A stretch of 64,000 nt of DNA, from the NCBI GenBank assembly GCA_965198115.1, contig OZ240241.1, positions 8,256,001-8,320,000 of the forward strand, given 5' to 3'. Source of the DNA: Candidatus Latescibacterota bacterium. GTDB lineage: Bacteria > Latescibacterota > UBA2968. Below the pieces are notes generated by a model, which was not told the origin of the DNA, searched no databases, and saw only the letters and a program-made list of their open reading frames with translations. A program made the position numbers and the translations under genes. Shown here in pieces: positions 31,786 through 41,601 of the stretch (position 1 is the first letter of the stretch; every line of letters begins with the position of its first letter).

Positions 31786-31930
31786 GGAACCACCCTTCGA
31801 CTGCGCTCAGGGCAGGCGCCTGAACACAGATGGACACAGATGTGGTAGCCCGAAGATCGCGGCCCTATTCGGGAAGTGACGTAGCGGTTCTCGGCGGCCG
31901 TTACTTTGTCACATCGATGGCAATCGGTGG
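31786..31930 (+). repeat. Composite intergenic repeat, copy A
   Basis: 49-nt exact match to 54748..54796, with patchy similarity (GGCCCTATTCGGG, CACATCGATG.CAATCGGT) for about 100 nt more. Confidence 0.85.
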
Positions 31931-32003
31931 AGCCCACAGCTCAGGAGAAACTTCGATCACTCCTTAGTAGCCACATCGGATCTTAAAGGTCGAGGATCTG
32001 GCA

Positions 32004-33446
32004 TTGAGTATCGTTGTCGATGACATTCAGATGCACGTGCTGAACATGCGAACGCGGTTCCCCTTCAAATACGGAATCGCGTCTCTTGTTGCGGTCCCCC
32101 ACCTGTTCGTTCGGGCGACGGTCCGCGTCGATGGTGAGCGGGTTGTGGGAATCACCTCGGAGGGCCTTCCCCCAAAGTGGTTCACGAAGAATCCTGAAAC
32201 CTCGTTCGAGACCGATCTGGATGACATGCTGGAAGTGATCGACAAGGCCAGTGCGTTTTGTCTGGAAACCGCTGAAGGGAAGACGGTGTTCGATCTGTGG
32301 ACCAAGATCTACGAAGCGCAGGCGGAATGGGCGAGCGCGACCGCTCACCCACCGCTTCTTTGGGGATTCGGCGTGAGCCTGGTGGAACGAGCGCTGATCG
32401 ATGCATTCTGTCGCGCGACGGGGGACAGTTTCCACCAGGTTGTGCGGTCGGGCGCGCTCGGGATTCAACTCGCCGTCGTTCACGAAGAGTTGGGCAACGC
32501 GACTCCCTCCGATTTTTTGCCACCCCCCAGCAGGTCGGTCGATGTGCGACACACGGTTGGGCTCGCAGATCCCTTGACCGCGGCGGACGTACCGGAGGAC
32601 GAGCGCCTCCACGACGGTCTTCCGTACACCCTTGAAGAAAACATCCAGCACTACGGGCTGACCCACCTGAAGATCAAGCTTTGTGGGGATGCGGAGCAGG
32701 ACCTCACGAGACTGAAGCGCATCGCCTATCTCATGGCGCAGCAACCAAAATGCGCGTTCACGCTCGACGGGAATGAATTCTATACTGAGGTCGACCCCTT
32801 CCACGACCTTTGGGCTTCGATCGTGGCCGACGAGGACCTTGCCTCCTTCATGCAGGGTCTGATCTTCGTCGAACAGCCATTTCATCGCGACGTGGCCCTC
32901 TCGGACGATGTGCGCGACACGCTCCTGGCTTGGTCGGATCGTCCACCGATCATCATCGACGAATCGGACAGCGGCTTACACGTAGGCCGAGACGCGCTCG
33001 AGACAGGGTATGTCGGTACGAGTCACAAGAACTGTAAGGGCGTCTTCAAGGGTATCGCGAATACGTGCCTGATGGAGAGCCGTCGACGCGCGGATCCGAA
33101 TGGCCGTTACGAACTCAGCAGCGAAGACCTGGCGGGCGTGGGTCCGGTCGCCGTGATTCAGGATCTTGCTGTGGTATGTACTCTGGGTATCACGCACTCG
33201 GAACGAAACGGTCATCATTACTTCGAAGGACTGAGCATGTATCCGGATGCGATCCAGGAGGATGTTCTGGCTTCGCACGGCTCCCTTTATCGCCGTCACG
33301 AGCGGGGTTTCCCGACGCTGGATGTGAAGGGTGGGACGCTCGACGTGGGAACGATTGTGGATGCGCCCTTCGGCTACGGCTTCGATTTGGATACGACCCA
33401 GTTCACGCCGTTGGACAAGTGGTCCGCGGACTCGCTGTCGCTGTGA
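32004..33446 (+). CDS. Enolase-superfamily (mandelate racemase-like) protein
   Basis: KIK motif (HLKIKLCG); metal-ligand positions TLDGNE, FVEQP and IIDESD; SHKNCKG. Confidence 0.75.
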   Translation: MSIVVDDIQMHVLNMRTRFPFKYGIASLVAVPHLFVRATVRVDGERVVGITSEGLPPKWFTKNPETSFETDLDDMLEVIDKASAFCLETAEGKTVFDLWTKIYEAQAEWASATAHPPLLWGFGVSLVERALIDAFCRATGDSFHQVVRSGALGIQLAVVHEELGNATPSDFLPPPSRSVDVRHTVGLADPLTAADVPEDERLHDGLPYTLEENIQHYGLTHLKIKLCGDAEQDLTRLKRIAYLMAQQPKCAFTLDGNEFYTEVDPFHDLWASIVADEDLASFMQGLIFVEQPFHRDVALSDDVRDTLLAWSDRPPIIIDESDSGLHVGRDALETGYVGTSHKNCKGVFKGIANTCLMESRRRADPNGRYELSSEDLAGVGPVAVIQDLAVVCTLGITHSERNGHHYFEGLSMYPDAIQEDVLASHGSLYRRHERGFPTLDVKGGTLDVGTIVDAPFGYGFDLDTTQFTPLDKWSADSLSL

Positions 33447-33508
33447 AAGACCTATCAACGTAGTGGGTGCCCCTCGACAGGCTGCCCGTAGGGTCTTATA
33501 CGGTTTCC

Positions 33509-33559
33509 GCCTTGAAGGGGCGGCACATCTTAGCCCGGGGCGTTAGCCCCGGGCTAAGA
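33509..33559 (+). repeat. REP-like palindrome
   Basis: GCCTTGAAGGGGC followed by a perfect 14-bp stem TCTTAGCCCGGGGC-GTTA-GCCCCGGGCTAAGA. Inverted relative at 42705..42750. Confidence 0.75.
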
Positions 33560-33672
33560 GTGGGAGGCACGGAGATGCGCCGTGGTGGGGAAATGGTGGG
33601 ACGAAAAACGAAGATACTCGGTGTACAATCAGATGGCCATACACATGCAGGACGTTGGAGCACGAGTAAGCC

Positions 33673-35013
33673 ATGTCGATTAATTGGGATGATGTTCGAG
33701 GCGAGGTGACGGGGTATCTGCAGGATCTCATCCGACTGGACACCACGAATCCGCCGGGCAACGAGATTCTGTGCGCCGACTACATCGCAGGTGTGCTCGA
33801 GGGCGAAGGGATTGATTCGACGATCACAGAATCCGATCCGGGCCGCGGCAACGTCACTGCCCGTCTTTCGGGTGGAGACGAGCCGGCCCTGATGCTGCTG
33901 GGACATACCGACGTCGTGGCCGTCGAGCCCGAGAAGTGGGAGCATCCTCCGTTCAGCGGAGCACTGATCGACGGGGAGATCTGGGGCCGTGGCGCCGTGG
34001 ATATGAAGGATATGGTCGCAGCCGAGCTGATGGTTTTCCTGTTGCTCAAGCGCCAGGGGATCGGGCTCAACAGAGACGTGATTTACGCGGCTACAGCCGA
34101 CGAAGAGGCGGGGAAAGGCAACCACGGAGTGGGCTGGCTGATCGATAACCATCCCGAACAGGTTGACGCGCCCTACATCGTGACCGAGGGCGGTGGCGGA
34201 GATCTGCGGGTCGGCGATGCGCGGTTCGTGACGGTTCAGACCGGCCAGAAAGGTATTCACCGATTCAGACTTCGAGCCACCGGAAGACCTGGACACGCAT
34301 CGCGCCCGCACGACGAGAATGCCGTTGTACGTCTCGCGAGGGCGGTGGCTGCGATCGGAGACACCACGCTCCCGATTCACCCATCGGCGACTTTACGTGC
34401 CTACCTGGAGGGGATTGCGTCCCGCCAGGATTCCGAGACGGCTTCGAACTTGCTCCAGATCCTGGATCCAGCGAAGAGCGAGCCGGCGCTGGAACGTTCT
34501 CCATTCGATGCCAGTGCCGTCGCATCGCTTCGGGCGCTCTTGAGGAACACGATCTCTCCCACGATTTTGGAAGCGGGCAGTAAAATCAGCGTCATCCCTG
34601 GGGAGGCTGTGGCGTGGCTGGATGGACGTCTCGCCCCAGGACAGACAGATCAGAGCTTCGCAGAGGAGATTCGGCCGCTACTGGGTGACAGCGTCGAGAT
34701 CGAGATCGATCAGTATTGTCCCCCCATCGAAGCAGACATCGATTCTCCGCTCTACGAAGCGATCGTATCCGTCGTGGGTGAACACGATCCCGAGGCGACA
34801 GTCATACCAGCGATCAGTGCCGGAGGGACGGATGCCAAGCACATCCTGCCCCGCAAGCCCGATACGCAGGTGCTCGGCTTCATGCCCCACAAACGTGAGA
34901 AGCGCGGGGGAGGGGGAGCGGCCCACGGACACAATGAGCGAATCTCGGTCGATAACCTGCTCTACGGTACACGCGTGCTGTACGATGTGGTTGTTCGTTT
35001 CTGCGCTGGCTAG
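33673..35013 (+). CDS. M20/M25/M40 metallohydrolase
   Basis: GHTDVV, WGRGAVDMK, ADEEAG, GGTDAK and HGHNERI motifs. Confidence 0.93.
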   Translation: MSINWDDVRGEVTGYLQDLIRLDTTNPPGNEILCADYIAGVLEGEGIDSTITESDPGRGNVTARLSGGDEPALMLLGHTDVVAVEPEKWEHPPFSGALIDGEIWGRGAVDMKDMVAAELMVFLLLKRQGIGLNRDVIYAATADEEAGKGNHGVGWLIDNHPEQVDAPYIVTEGGGGDLRVGDARFVTVQTGQKGIHRFRLRATGRPGHASRPHDENAVVRLARAVAAIGDTTLPIHPSATLRAYLEGIASRQDSETASNLLQILDPAKSEPALERSPFDASAVASLRALLRNTISPTILEAGSKISVIPGEAVAWLDGRLAPGQTDQSFAEEIRPLLGDSVEIEIDQYCPPIEADIDSPLYEAIVSVVGEHDPEATVIPAISAGGTDAKHILPRKPDTQVLGFMPHKREKRGGGGAAHGHNERISVDNLLYGTRVLYDVVVRFCAG

Positions 35014-35116
35014 AACCAAACCACGAAATACACGAACGGTTGGTAATAGGTAGGCGCAAAGGCGGAACCACGGAGCCTGAGTTGGAACCACGGAACACAC
35101 GGAATACACGGAAGAA
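35014..35116 (+). repeat. Degenerate 9-mer tandem repeats (CACGRAAYA)
   Basis: AACCACGAAATACACGAAC and AACCACGGAACACACGGAATACACGGAAG. The same family occurs at 39912-40000 and 57803-57850. Confidence 0.75.
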
Positions 35117-35205
35117 ACCCAGAGCGAAAAGAATCTGCTGACAACGAACATCGTCGTGCAGCGGCGTTTGAGTGGTGTCTCCATAGGGGTTAAGCGTTGA
35201 GAAAG

Positions 35206-35790
35206 ATGAGCCGGTTTCTCGGGATTGGGCTTCTCGTGGTGTGGGGATGTGCTGGGGAGGACCAGCAGGCTGTCTCTGATGGTGGTGCGGTGGAGCTCGG
35301 CGTGCCGGAGGGGGAGCGGGTGTCGTTGGGGGGGATTTCGGTGATTGTTCCGACGGGGTGGGAAGTGCAGCAACCGTCCTCTTCCATGCGGAAGGCACAA
35401 TACTCGCTCGGGAAGCAGGGGGGCGATTCGGAGGATGGGGAACTGGCGGTGTTCTACTTCGGCGCGCGGAGTGCGGGCAGTGTGGGTGCCAATCTCGATC
35501 GGTGGCGAAAGCAGATCACGCCTCCTCCGCGTACAGCGCCTTCGGACCCGGTGACTCGGACAATCGGTACGATGCGGGTGACGGTGATCGATCTGGAGGG
35601 ATCCTACAGAGCGGGAACGGGAATGAGGATGGCTCCCGGTCCGCCCAAAGCGAATTACCGAATGGTGGCCGCCATCGTGGAGAGTCCGAGTGGCGCCTAC
35701 TACTTCAAGCTGACAGGGCCGTCGGAAACGGTGGCGTACTGGCGCACGTCGTTCGCACAGTGCATCAACAGTGCCAGAAAGGCGGGGTGA
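35206..35790 (+). CDS. Putative lipoprotein
   Basis: Lipobox VWGC; SMRKAQY, GSVGANLDRWRKQ and YYFKLTGP conserved-looking blocks. Confidence 0.7.
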   Translation: MSRFLGIGLLVVWGCAGEDQQAVSDGGAVELGVPEGERVSLGGISVIVPTGWEVQQPSSSMRKAQYSLGKQGGDSEDGELAVFYFGARSAGSVGANLDRWRKQITPPPRTAPSDPVTRTIGTMRVTVIDLEGSYRAGTGMRMAPGPPKANYRMVAAIVESPSGAYYFKLTGPSETVAYWRTSFAQCINSARKAG

Positions 35791-36767
35791 TGGCCGGTCG
35801 AGTACTGATTACGGATTACGTGTGGCCCGATCTCGAGATCGAGCATCGGATTCTGGGTGAAGCAGGACTCGAGATCGTCGAAGCGCCCGACGGCGAGGAG
35901 GCCACCCTGGCTGGGTTGGCAACGGGATGTTGCGGCATTCTGACGTGCTGGGCAAAAACGACGCAGAAAGTGATCGAGGCCGCTCTGCCCGACTTGCGTG
36001 TGATCGTGCGCTACGGCGTCGGTCTGGACAACATCGATGTCGCGTTCGCCACCTCGCAGGGAATCCCGGTCGCAAACGTACCGGACTACTGCTACGTCGA
36101 CGTGGCGGAGCACGCGATGGCACTTTTGCTGTCGATGTCGCACAAAGTGACGGCATTCGATCGTGACGTACGGGCGACGACCTGGAACATCCAAAGCCAG
36201 GTGCCGCTCAATCGCCTGACGGGCCGCAGACTCGGCCTGATCGGGCTCGGACAGATCGCGCGTCAAGTGGTGCCGCGAGCCACGGCGTTCGGGATGGAGG
36301 TCGTGGCGTACTCACGAACGCTTACGGACGAAGCGGCGGCGGAAGCGGGCGTGCTCCGAGTGGGAATGGATGAGCTGATCGAGACGTCGGACTTTATTTC
36401 GATTCATTGCCCCTTGACTGACGAAACGCGCGATCTGATCGACGCCCAGTTCCTCGAGCGAATGAAGTCATCCGCTTTCCTCATCAACACGTCCCGGGGC
36501 GAAATCATCGACGAGACCGCCCTTGCAGAGGCGCTGGAGGCAGGAGAGATCGCCGGTGCGGCCCTCGACGTGCGATCCCAGGAGCCGCCGGACATGCCCG
36601 ATCGGTTGATCGATTTGCCGAACGTGATTCACACGCCCCACGCTGCGTTCTACTCGACGGAATCGCTTCAGGAGTTGCCGACGAAAGCGGCGCAGGAAGT
36701 CTGTCGCGTTATGAAAGGGGAGGCGTTGATTCATCTGGTGAATCCGGAGTTTCGGGAGAACCAGTAG
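35790..36767 (+). CDS. D-2-hydroxyacid dehydrogenase (CtBP/SerA-like)
   Basis: RYGVGLDNID, GLIGLGQI, INTSRG and TPHAAFYS motifs. Confidence 0.92.
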   Translation: MAGRVLITDYVWPDLEIEHRILGEAGLEIVEAPDGEEATLAGLATGCCGILTCWAKTTQKVIEAALPDLRVIVRYGVGLDNIDVAFATSQGIPVANVPDYCYVDVAEHAMALLLSMSHKVTAFDRDVRATTWNIQSQVPLNRLTGRRLGLIGLGQIARQVVPRATAFGMEVVAYSRTLTDEAAAEAGVLRVGMDELIETSDFISIHCPLTDETRDLIDAQFLERMKSSAFLINTSRGEIIDETALAEALEAGEIAGAALDVRSQEPPDMPDRLIDLPNVIHTPHAAFYSTESLQELPTKAAQEVCRVMKGEALIHLVNPEFRENQ

Positions 36768-36807
36768 GAAATCAGGAAAATAGGGAATTATGAAATTGGG
36801 GTGATGG

Positions 36808-37797
36808 ATGGAGAGACCGAAGATTGGGTTGCTCGTGAAGACGTCGCTTCGAGAGCGAATCCTCAGCGATATAGATCTGGAGAAACTCCGATCGTTCGCG
36901 GATGTGGAGATCAATCCGAACGACGAAGATTTTTCGGAGGAAGAGGCAGCCGAGTTCCTCACGGGGAAGGATGGGGCGTTCTCCAGCTGGCGGGTGACGA
37001 CGCTGACGCCGGCCATCCTGGAGCGAGTGCCCGAACTGAAGATCTGGGCCTATGGCGCCGGGTCGATCAAGGGGAAGATCTGTGACGAGGCCTGGGAAAA
37101 GGGCGTGGTCGTCACGAGCGCGGCACCGGCGATCGCGGACGACGTCGCGGAGTTGACGATGGGACTCATCACGATCGGTCTGCGTCGCGTCATCCCCTAC
37201 ATGCGGGAGATGCGTGGGAATGAGCCGGCCCTGAAACCGTTGTCGCGGTCTCTGTTCCGACGAACGGTGGGTGTCGTCTCGGCGAGTCAGGTGGGGCAGC
37301 GGGTCATGCGGCTTTTGAAGCCCTATGACGTTCGTCTGCTGGTCTTCGATCCCTTTCTATCCGAAGAGCGTGCAAGGGACGAATTCGGCGGCGAGCTGGC
37401 CGACCTCGAGACGATCGCACGCGAAAGCGACGTGGTTACGATCCACGCGCCACGGATTCCCGAGACGCATCACTTGTGGAACGGGACCCACTTTGGGTTG
37501 ATGAAGGACGATGCGGTGTTTGTGAACACATCGCGTGGAGACAATATCGACGAGGCGGCGTTGATCGCTGAGTTACAGAAAGGACGGCTGTTCGCTTTTC
37601 TGGATGTGACCAGCCCCGAGCCACCCGTGCCGGAAAGCCCGCTACGTCAGCTGCCAAACGTCGTGTTGACGCCGCACGTCGCGGGGCAGCAATCCTATCG
37701 CGTTGGAGAGATGGCTGTGGAGGAACTACGTCGATTCTTTGCCGGTGAGGAACAGTTGTTCAGAGTCACGCGGGACATGTTGGATCGGTTGGCGTAG
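36808..37797 (+). CDS. D-2-hydroxyacid dehydrogenase family protein
   Basis: VNTSRG, LDVTSPEP and LTPHVAG motifs. Confidence 0.9.
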   Translation: MERPKIGLLVKTSLRERILSDIDLEKLRSFADVEINPNDEDFSEEEAAEFLTGKDGAFSSWRVTTLTPAILERVPELKIWAYGAGSIKGKICDEAWEKGVVVTSAAPAIADDVAELTMGLITIGLRRVIPYMREMRGNEPALKPLSRSLFRRTVGVVSASQVGQRVMRLLKPYDVRLLVFDPFLSEERARDEFGGELADLETIARESDVVTIHAPRIPETHHLWNGTHFGLMKDDAVFVNTSRGDNIDEAALIAELQKGRLFAFLDVTSPEPPVPESPLRQLPNVVLTPHVAGQQSYRVGEMAVEELRRFFAGEEQLFRVTRDMLDRLA

Positions 37798-37836
37798 AGC
37801 ATAGAAGATAGAGCATTGAACATTTGAAGGCGGGCT

Positions 37837-38502
37837 ATGAACTTCTGGATTGATAATGGGGAGACGATGCTGTTTATCGGGGACAGCATTACCGACTGTG
37901 GACGACGGGCTGCCGAGGCGCCGCTGGGCATCGGTTACGTTCGGTTGTTCACGGAGATGGTGACGGCTGCCTACCCCGATCGGGGAATCCGATACATCAA
38001 CAAGGGCATCGGGGGCAACCGGGTGACGGATCTCCGGGACCGATGGACGGACGACGTCTTCTACCACGCGCCGGACAAACTGTCCATCAAGATCGGCATC
38101 AACGATCTACACAGTGTGCTGCGCGGCGCTCCCGAACCGGTCCCGCCGGACCGGTTCGCGTCGATTTACGATGCGCTGCTCAGTCGGACGCGAGACACGC
38201 TGAACTGCCCGATCGTCCTTCTCTCGCCTTTTTACATCTCGAGAGAGACGACGAGCGACTCGTTCCGGCAGAGCGTCCTGTCGCTCATTCCGGAATACAT
38301 CGAGGTCGTTGAGCGGCTGAGTGAAACCTACGGAACCCGTCTCGTGCGTCTTCACGACATCTTCCAGAAACACCTCGAGTATCGCGACTCGGAGACATTC
38401 TGCCCGGAACCGGTGCATCCCAATCGCGCGGGACACCTGGTCATTGCCAAAGCGTTGTTCGACGTGCTTTTAGAAGGCTCTATCCGGGTTTCTCAACGGT
38501 GA
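37837..38502 (+). CDS. SGNH/GDSL hydrolase; the last 8 residues come from the ISL3
   Basis: FIGDSITD, NKGIGG, IGIND and EPVHPN motifs. Confidence 0.9.
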   Translation: MNFWIDNGETMLFIGDSITDCGRRAAEAPLGIGYVRLFTEMVTAAYPDRGIRYINKGIGGNRVTDLRDRWTDDVFYHAPDKLSIKIGINDLHSVLRGAPEPVPPDRFASIYDALLSRTRDTLNCPIVLLSPFYISRETTSDSFRQSVLSLIPEYIEVVERLSETYGTRLVRLHDIFQKHLEYRDSETFCPEPVHPNRAGHLVIAKALFDVLLEGSIRVSQR

Positions 38503-39897
38503 AACTATAGAATGACAAGGTCATAGATCGTTCCCTACGCTTGGTTGTGTGTGTAGGACAATCAAAGCGAAGGGGGTGCGACCTATGACCGGGAGCAGAT
38601 TACTATCGAAACTGCTGAGATTCAAGGGGTTCCGTGTTGTCAGCTGGTGGTTTGAGGGGAGAAGCTGCTTCGTCATCGCCGTAAAGCCCCATAAGAATGG
38701 TTGTTGTTGTCCGGAGTGCGGCCGTCGAGGTAAAATCGTCCGCACAATGCCCCATCCGCGTCGGTGGCGTGACATTCCGGTGTGCGGGTGGAGGGTCTGG
38801 CTTCTCTACCATCCTCGGGAGATTCGGTGTCCTACCCACGGTCGTGTGGTCGAGGAGATTCCGTGGGCGGAGCGGTTCTCTCGGGTGACGTATCGCTTCG
38901 AGTATGCCATGCTGCGCTACTGCCAGACCATGTGACGCAGAAGGCGGCGTCCGAGTTACTGCGCATCTCTGCCTCGACGCTGTCGGATCTCCTTCACCGA
39001 TCCATCACGCGGCTTCGTGAAGGTCATCGTATCCGAGGGCTCAAAACCATCGGGATCGACGAGATCTCCTACGCCAAGCGTCACAGGTACGCCACGCTCG
39101 TTTACGATCTGGACCGCTCCTGCGTGGTGTGGGTTGGCCGCGGCAGGGCGCGTAAAACGATCGATCGGTTCTTCACAGAGGCTCTCAGTCCCTACCGGAG
39201 ATCCAAGATCGAGTGGGCCTGCTGCGACATGAGCGAAGCTTACATCGGAGCCATCCAGGAACACTGTCCGAATGCCAAGCTGGTCCTCGATCGCTTTCAC
39301 ATCGTCAAGGCTCTCAATGCCGCCGTTGACGAGGTCCGTAAGGACCAGTGGCGTAAAGCTGCCCCGGATGAGCGCAAAGCCATGAAGGGCCTCCGATGGC
39401 TCCTCTACCGGCACTCAGCGACACGCTCCAGAGGGGATACTCGGACACTCAAAGCACTGGAGAAGGCGAACTACCGAATCTATAGAGCCTGGAGACTCAA
39501 GGACGAGTTCGAGCAGTTCTGGGAATACAAAGCGCCCTGGGCTGCCGAACGCTTCCTGAAATGCTGGACGACGTCCGCACTCAGAAGTCGACTTGAACCC
39601 CTGCGAAAGTTCGTCAGGACCCTGCGACAGCACTTCTTCGGCGTCCTCGCATTCGTGAACACGCGTCTTACCAACGCCATCGCCGAAGGCCTCAACCGAA
39701 TCGTCCAAATCGTCAAGAACCGAGCCAGCGGATTCCGCACACTCGACGCATTCAACGATATGATCTTCCTTACCGTCGGAGACATAAACATCCCTGAGCA
39801 GATTCCGAAGAGGTTCCGCACACGCTAACCGCGCCCCCATGCCAGGAACCACGGCACCTTCACCCACTTCATCTCGTTGAGAGATCCGGATATAGCC
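38476..39897 (+). mobile_element. ISL3-family insertion sequence, copy 2 (1422 bp)
   Basis: Same IRs as copy 1. Perfect 8-bp target duplication TTTTAGAA at 38468-38475 and 39898-39905. Confidence 0.96.
38585..39828 (+). pseudogene. ISL3 transposase, frameshifted
   Basis: A 2-nt TG insertion (ACCATGTGACG versus ACCATGACG in copy 1) creates a stop at 38933-38935. Confidence 0.92.
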
Positions 39898-39911
39898 TTT
39901 TAGAAGCCTAG

Positions 39912-40000
39912 ACCACGGACGGAATACACGGAAGAAGAGCGAAAACCATTAACCACCCTTCGACTTCGCTCAGGGCAGGCTCACACGAAATACACGAACG
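39912..40000 (+). repeat. 9-mer tandem repeats with a nested CCCTTCGACTTCGCTCAGGGCAGGC motif (39956-39980)
   Basis: AACCA[motif]TCACACGAAATACACGAA. Confidence 0.8.
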
Positions 40001-40363
40001 GGGAATGTGTTGCAGACCGAGATGAGTCGGTAGGCTGTTCGGGGGATGGCGGAGGAAGAAAAATGGCCACCACCGAGGCACCCAGGTAGGCGCATACCGG
40101 GCTGACGTGCAATCGGGCCGCGAACGACCGGAAAGCATTACAGAGCCGGCTTCCAATAGGTTGGCTACCTGAGATACCTGGGCAATGGCCGAAGGTTCGG
40201 TTTCAAGATAGCGTGAAGACGATGGTGTGTCAAAACGTGGGCCAGTTCGGTCGGCGATGGGTACGCTGATCCTGCTGGCCCTTTGCATTGACCAGTGACT
40301 ATTGACAAGTGACCCTTGACCAAAGTTCGGCATTGCCCCCCGTGCGCGTCGACGTAAGGGGCT

Positions 40364-41401
40364 TTAGCCGCAGGCGGCTTCGATGACGCGGAGATGGTTT
40401 TCGCCGAGGATGCCGCGGATGTCCTGCTCGGCGTAGCCGCGTTGGAGCAAGCCCTCGGTGATGTCGGGAAAGTGTGTGGCGTCTTCCACGAGATCGCCGC
40501 CGCCGTCGAAGTCGGATCCGATGCCGACGACCTGTGGGCCGACCAATTGAACGGCGTGGTCGATGTGATCCAGGAAGTGATCGAGCGTTGGATTCTCCGG
40601 GGCGACGAAATAGGGCACGAACGTCATGCCGATGACACCGCCGTTCTGCTCGATGGCTTTGATCTGATCGTCGGTGAGATTACGCGGATGCTCGCAGACG
40701 CTCGTGCAGGTGCTGTGGGACACGATGATCGGTTTTTCGGTCGTGTCGATGACGTCCCAGAAACCGGGTTCGCTGATGTGGGAGACGTCGACGAGCATGC
40801 CGAGCCGGTTCATTTTCCTGACGAGTGACACGCCGAAGGTTGTCAGGCCCCCGCGGCTTCTCGCTTCCGCGTTCCCATCCGCCGCCCAGCTGCTGGTATT
40901 GTGCGTCAGTCCGATCGACCGGACGCCCACGAGATACAGACAACGGAGGATGTTGAGGCTGCCATCGACGCCGTCGCTGTTTTCGACGACCATGATGACG
41001 GCGAGCTTGCCAGCAGCCTTGGCCTCGCGAATGTCGTCGGCTGACCGTGCCAGGATGACGTCGCCGCCTGTCGATTCGATTTCCGAGTCGAGCGTACCCA
41101 GGGCGTCGAGGGAATAGGCGAGGTGATTGTGCCGCGCTGATGTGCAATCGACGGCGAAGAAGGCAGCGTCGATTCCGCCCGCCCGCATCTTCGGGAAGTT
41201 GATCTGGATCTTGACCTTCGCCGCTTCCCCTGTGTATCCCCCTCGCAAGGAGCCGACCGTCCCATTCGGGGCAGCCGACTCTGCGTCCTCGGATGATAGG
41301 CTCATCCCGCCACGGCGAATGTGACCGACCGTCGTGTCGTTGTGCGTGTCGATGACAAGAGCGTTGTTGTGGAGGTCGAGGGCCTGGGGACTGGGAGGCA
41401 T
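40364..41401 (-). CDS. Membrane dipeptidase (peptidase M19)
   Basis: IDTHND, LVDVSH, SHS...HPRN and GIGSDFDG motifs. Confidence 0.93.
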   Translation of the reverse strand: MPPSPQALDLHNNALVIDTHNDTTVGHIRRGGMSLSSEDAESAAPNGTVGSLRGGYTGEAAKVKIQINFPKMRAGGIDAAFFAVDCTSARHNHLAYSLDALGTLDSEIESTGGDVILARSADDIREAKAAGKLAVIMVVENSDGVDGSLNILRCLYLVGVRSIGLTHNTSSWAADGNAEARSRGGLTTFGVSLVRKMNRLGMLVDVSHISEPGFWDVIDTTEKPIIVSHSTCTSVCEHPRNLTDDQIKAIEQNGGVIGMTFVPYFVAPENPTLDHFLDHIDHAVQLVGPQVVGIGSDFDGGGDLVEDATHFPDITEGLLQRGYAEQDIRGILGENHLRVIEAACG

Positions 41402-41601
41402 GGTGTGGTCTCCGTGATAATCGACGAGAGCTGGCCACGAGGAGTTGTCCGTGTTCCGTTCTGGGCCCTGCGGGCCTTGACGGAACCAGTCGTCGGTCGA
41501 AGGCTGTCACTCGCCAATGACGTGCGAGAAAAACTCGCGGGCGTTTGCTGATCGGGTAATATGGGAGGGTCAGAAAGGTGGGGCAAACCTGACGAGAGCA
41601 G

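Noticed and set aside
40300-40333. NFGQGSL on the minus strand as a GxxExxY C-terminal motif
   Set aside because: It is the translation of the TGAC heptamer array.
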